From contig NC_135803.1 of the NCBI RefSeq assembly GCF_964213995.1, positions 126,728,001-126,792,000 of the forward strand: a DNA stretch of 64,000 nucleotides, written 5' to 3'. This DNA comes from Mustelus asterias. Taxonomy: Eukaryota. Within the stretch, counting starts at the first letter, position 1. Each line of letters begins with the position of its first letter. Of this stretch, positions 59,688 through 64,000 are shown piece after piece. The notes beneath the pieces are model-generated. The model had not been told where the DNA came from. It saw nothing but the letters and a program-made list of their open reading frames with translations, and made no database searches. The position numbers and the translations under genes were made by a program.

Positions 59688-59829
59688 GTAAGATTATAGT
59701 TTAGATGTTCTCATTTCCTTGTTCAAGAAATAGACATTAATTCATCCATAATTATCTTGCAGTTAGATTTCCTTTTGAATCACTTATTTTTCTTGCATAA
59801 TAATGGAATAATAAATTTTCTTTTCTACT

Positions 59830-60178
59830 TGTTGGATGCTGATGTCTCTAGCTAGGCCAGCATTATTGCCCATCATTAATTGCGCTTGAACTAAGTGCAT
59901 TTCAGAGGGCATTTTTGAGAGTCAACTGCATTACTATAGATCTGGAGTCACATGTAGGCTAGACCAGGTAAGGATGACCGATTCCATTCCCTAAAAGGAC
60001 ATTTGTGAACCAGATGGGTCTTTACAGCAATGGTTTCCATCTTTAGACTTTTAATTCCAGATTTTTTTTTGAATTCAAATTTCACCATCTGTTGTGGTGA
60101 GATTTGAACCCAGGTCCCCAGAGCATTACCCTGGGTTTCTGATTTAGTCCAGCAACAATACCACTGTGCCACTACCAG
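59830..60178 (-). mobile_element. tRNA-headed SINE family 3, full length
   Basis: Head GGTAGTGGCACAGTGGTA...GGGTTCAAATCTC (A/B boxes); core CCCATCTGGTTCAC.AATGTCCTTT.AGGGAA; tail shared with the LINE at 61775-63735. Confidence 0.82.
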
Positions 60179-60933
60179 CAACAGCTTTATTTATGACACT
60201 TGTATCACAAATTGATTTCACATGGCAGAATAAGAGAACTTTAAAAAAAACGTGTTGGAGTATGAGAGGGAAAATCACCAATAATCAGAACCTTGATTTG
60301 TTCAGCAAAAAGAAATGTACATTTCGATTTCATGCATGGGATGATCCCATTGATGACACTGGAGGAAATTCCCGAAGCAGATTAATTGATGCATGAAGTT
60401 TCAAAAAATGTATGAATGGTTTACTTCCTGATAACATGGGTAGTTTAGATTTGGACTACAAATAACCAAATCAATGCTGTTTTGCTACATAGCATCATAT
60501 TATACCATCAAGCTTCATAATTTTTTCAACTTAAGATTCCACATCAGTGTCTTCTCATTTCTGTTTTTACATTTTGTGTTGATTTTATATCAGTATGAGG
60601 AGGCATTGAAGAAAAACATATAGCTTGGAACAAGAAAATTAATTCAGCTCAACAAACTTGTCTAGCACGAGATGCATCCAAAGAATTCTCTTTCTTTCTG
60701 TCAAACTTGATATTCCTTTATTGAAAATTCCTGCTTTTCAACTGGATCTTCCAGCACTTTCCTGGTAAAATGATTTTTTGTACACAAATCCCCTGGATCT
60801 ATGCATTAGCAAAGGAATGAACTGCAATAGAACTAGTTCACCCAACCCTTTGTAGGGAGGAAATATATAATCCATTTTCAGGGTTCAGGGGCTCTGTTTT
60901 ATCTATACGTGTTTTCTTTGATTTTTTTTTCAG

Positions 60934-61151
60934 GCTCACTGCCATTATATAGTTGTGAAGAACTTTGTTGAGAAAATGGAAGGATTAAAGTTTGAGCCTG
61001 AAATTCAGCAAGTGATCAAAATGTTGTGCGATCTTTACGCGTTGACTGGCATTCTGGATAATGCTGGAGATTTCTTATATGATGGTTTTATGACTGGAAA
61101 ACAGCTAGACTTGGTGACCGCCTGTCAACTGGATCTTCTAGCTCTTGTCCG
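60934..61151 (+). CDS. ACOX2: ACOX2 coding exon 12
   Basis: tttttcag| ... CG|gtaaaa; AHCHYIVVKNFVEKMEGLKFEPEIQQVIKMLCDLYALTGILDNAGDFLYDGFMTGKQLDLVTACQLDLLALVR. Confidence 0.92.
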
Positions 61152-62833
61152 GTAAAATGATTTCTTGTGCACAAAGAATTTAAATGAGGAAAAATATTTG
61201 ATTGCATCTGGTGCATTGTGCAATCTTCAATTAATAAGAATGAAAGATGAAGCAAAAAGTTGCTAACAATTGCAGAGCAGATTTTGTTATCGTAAACTAC
61301 AATCATCTGTTTTTGAATGCGAATGATCAGATCTATTTTTCAGAACAATATGCAGAATATACCTTTTGCATCATCTCCTGTCTTAGAGCATGCTCAACAA
61401 ATTGCTGCTAACTTAGTACTGCTGCAAGTACGATCAACGATTTCGTTCTGATGCATGCTTTATATTTGATAATTGAAAATGTTTAATGAATATTGCAAGA
61501 TACAAAAATGTTATAAAAACAGTTCAGTATATGAGTTTAAAAATTTCTAGACAGTCCACTTGAAAACTGTTTGATCCAAAGCCTAAATTAGCTGGAATCT
61601 TATTAGTTGTATGTACAGTAGTAAAGTTTATTGGAAAAGCCAAGGATTTTAGCTTCAGTTTAATTTCATGTCTAACACTGCAAGTTACATTCACTTTCTA
61701 GAACAGATCTCTAGGTCAGAAAATCAAAATGTTGGCAAACTCACTTTGGAAAGAAAATAGTAGCACAAGCAGAACTTCTGCTCCCCTAGCCAAACTCTTC
61801 CAGTACAGTTAGAACACTGGCATCTACCCAACAATGTGGAAAATTGCCCAGGTATGTCCTGTACACACAAAGCAGGACAAATCCAACCCGGCCAATTACC
61901 ACCCAATCAGTCTACTCTCGATCACCAGTAAAGTAATGGAAGGGGTTATCAACAGTGCTGTCAAGCAGTACCTGCTCAGCAATAATCTGCTCAGTGATGC
62001 CCAGTTTGGGTTTCGCCAGGGTCACTCAGCTCCTGACCTCATTACAGCCTGGGTTCAAACATGGACAAAAGAGCTGAATTCCAGAGGTGAGGTGAGAGTG
62101 ACAGCCCTTGACATCAAGGCCGCATTCGACTGAGTGTGGCATCAAGGAGCCCTAGCGAAACTGGAATCAGTGAGTATCAGAGGGCAAATTCTCTGCTGGT
62201 TGGAGTCATACCTGGCACATAGGAAGACAGTTGTGGTTGTGGAGGGTCAGTCATCTCAGCCCCACGACATCTCCGCAGGAGTCCCTCAGGGTAGTGTCCT
62301 AGGCCCAACAATCTTCAGCTGCTTCATCAATGATCTTCCCTCCATCATAAGGTCAGAAGTGGGGATGTTCGCCGATGATTGTGCAATGTTCACCACCATT
62401 CGCGATTCCTCAGATAATGAAGCAGTCCATGTTCAACTGCAACAAGATTTGGACAGTATCCAGGCTTGGGCTGACAAGTGGCAAATAACATTCGTGCCAC
62501 ACAAATGCCAGGCAATGACCATCACCAATAAGAGACACTCTAACCACCGCCCCTTAACATTCAATGGTGTAACCATCACTGTCAACATCGTTGGGGTTAC
62601 TATTGACCAGAAACTCAACTGGACTCACCACATAAACACAGTGGCTACAAGAGCAGGTCAGAGGCTAGGAATACTGCGGCGAGTAACTCACCTCCTGACT
62701 CCCCAGAGCCTATCCACCATCTACAAGGCACAAGTCAGGAGTGTAATGGAATACTCCCCACTTGCCTGGATGGGTGCAGCTCCAACAACACTCAAGAAGC
62801 TTGACACCATCCAGGACAAAGCAGCCCACTTGA

Positions 62834-63107
62834 CTGGCACCACATCTACAAACATTCAATCCCTCCACCACTGACACTCAGTAGCAGCAGTGTGTACTAT
62901 CTACAAGATGCACTGCAGCAATTCACCAAATTCCTTAGACAGCACCTTCCAAACCCATGACCGCTTCCATCTGGCACCACATCTACAAACATTCAATCCC
63001 TCCACCACTGACACTCAGTAGCAGCAGTGTGTACTATCTACAAGATGCACTGCAGCAATTCACCAAATTCCTTAGACAGCACCTTCCAAACCCATGACCG
63101 CTTCCAT
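62834..63107. repeat. 137-bp tandem duplication
   Basis: 62834-62970 is repeated at 62971-63107 with no differences seen. Confidence 0.92.
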
Positions 63108-63296
63108 CTAGAAGGATAAGGGCAGCAGATAAATGGGAACACCACCACCTGCAAGTTCCCCTCCCAGCCACTCACCATTCTGACTTGGAAATAGATCGCC
63201 ATTCCTTCGTAGTCACTGGATCAAAATCCTGGAATTCCCTCCCTGACGGCATTGTGGGTCAACCCACGAACATAGACTGCAGCAATTCAAGAAGGA

Positions 63297-63643
63297 AATC
63301 ATAGAAACCCTACAGTACAGAAAGAGGCCATTCGGCCCATCGAGTCTGCACCGACCACAATCCCACCTAGGCCCTACTCCCATATCCCTACATATTTAAC
63401 CAACTAATCCCTCTAACCTATGCATCTCAGGACACTAAGGGCAATTTTTTTTTTAGCATGGCCAATCAACCTAACCCGCACATCTTTGGACTGTGGGAGG
63501 AAACCGGAGCACCCGGAGGAAACCCACGCAGACACGAGGAGAATGTGCAAACTCCACACAGACAGTGACCCAAGCCGGGAATCGAACCCAGGTCCCTGGA
63601 GCTGTGAAGCAGCAGTGCTAACCACTGTGCTACTGTGCCGCCC
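63297..63643 (-). mobile_element. HE1-like V-SINE nested in the LINE 3' end
   Basis: Full length; TSD GAAGGA (63291-63296, 63644-63649). Confidence 0.92.
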
Positions 63644-63893
63644 GAAGGAGCTCACCAGCACCTTCTCAAGGGCAACGAGGGCATCGTCGGCTGGCCATCA
63701 TTTATTGCCCATCCCATGTCCCACGAATGCATAAAAAGAAAAGTTAAGTTGTTGTATTATAGCTTATAGTAAGCCACAGAAATGGAATTCCAGACCTCAG
63801 ACTGTAGTGAGCAATACCAATTGACAAGCTGTATTCCTAATATACATACAATGAATATATACAACTGTTTCTTACAAAAAATACTGTCTTTAG

Positions 63894-64000
63894 GAAGAAT
63901 GCTGTCTCAATAACGGATGCGTTTGATTATCCTGACAAACAGCTGAATTCTGCTATTGGCAACTATGATGGCTATGTTTACGAACGCCTCTACGAATGGG
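63894..64000 (+). CDS. ACOX2: ACOX2 coding exon 13 (cut by window end)
   Basis: tctttag|; KNAVSITDAFDYPDKQLNSAIGNYDGYVYERLYEW is the ACOX C-terminal DAFD..D..LNS.G.YDG.VY motif. Confidence 0.9.

Larger units (their letters stand above)
61775..63735 (+). mobile_element. Non-LTR retrotransposon (CR1/L2-group RT), 5'-truncated
   Basis: ORFs 61834-62133 and 62134-62874 ([39 protein letters not shown]); distinct from the main CR1 families. Confidence 0.9.

Overview
Eukaryotic, intron-rich genomic DNA from a vertebrate, most likely a shark or other elasmobranch (HE1-type V-SINEs, a DeuSINE, abundant CR1 LINEs and Penelope-like elements). It holds two host genes in tandem on the + strand. The first is the last two coding exons and the ~2-kb 3' UTR of FAM107A (7808-7964, 14119-14235). 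The second is 13 coding exons of ACOX2, peroxisomal branched-chain acyl-CoA oxidase 2 (ATG 25321 to the window end). These exons splice into one open frame of ~644 codons with the KWWPGDLG and CTYEGEN motifs, follow a CCAAT/GC-box CpG-rich promoter, and include one GC-AG intron. Nearly all other ORFs in the track are fragments or antisense shadows of transposons: CR1, Rex1/Babar, a second CR1/L2-group LINE, a decayed hAT transposase, solo LTRs, MITEs and three SINE families. The most striking signal is a set of fold-back (palindromic) Penelope-like insertions with a fixed arm-plus-tail architecture and target-site duplications (TSDs). Several carry a minimal hammerhead-ribozyme motif with compensatory helix-I changes. 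The largest is a 449-bp-arm hairpin nested inside a hAT MITE in ACOX2 intron 1. All coordinates were read by eye; boundaries of old repeats are approximate.
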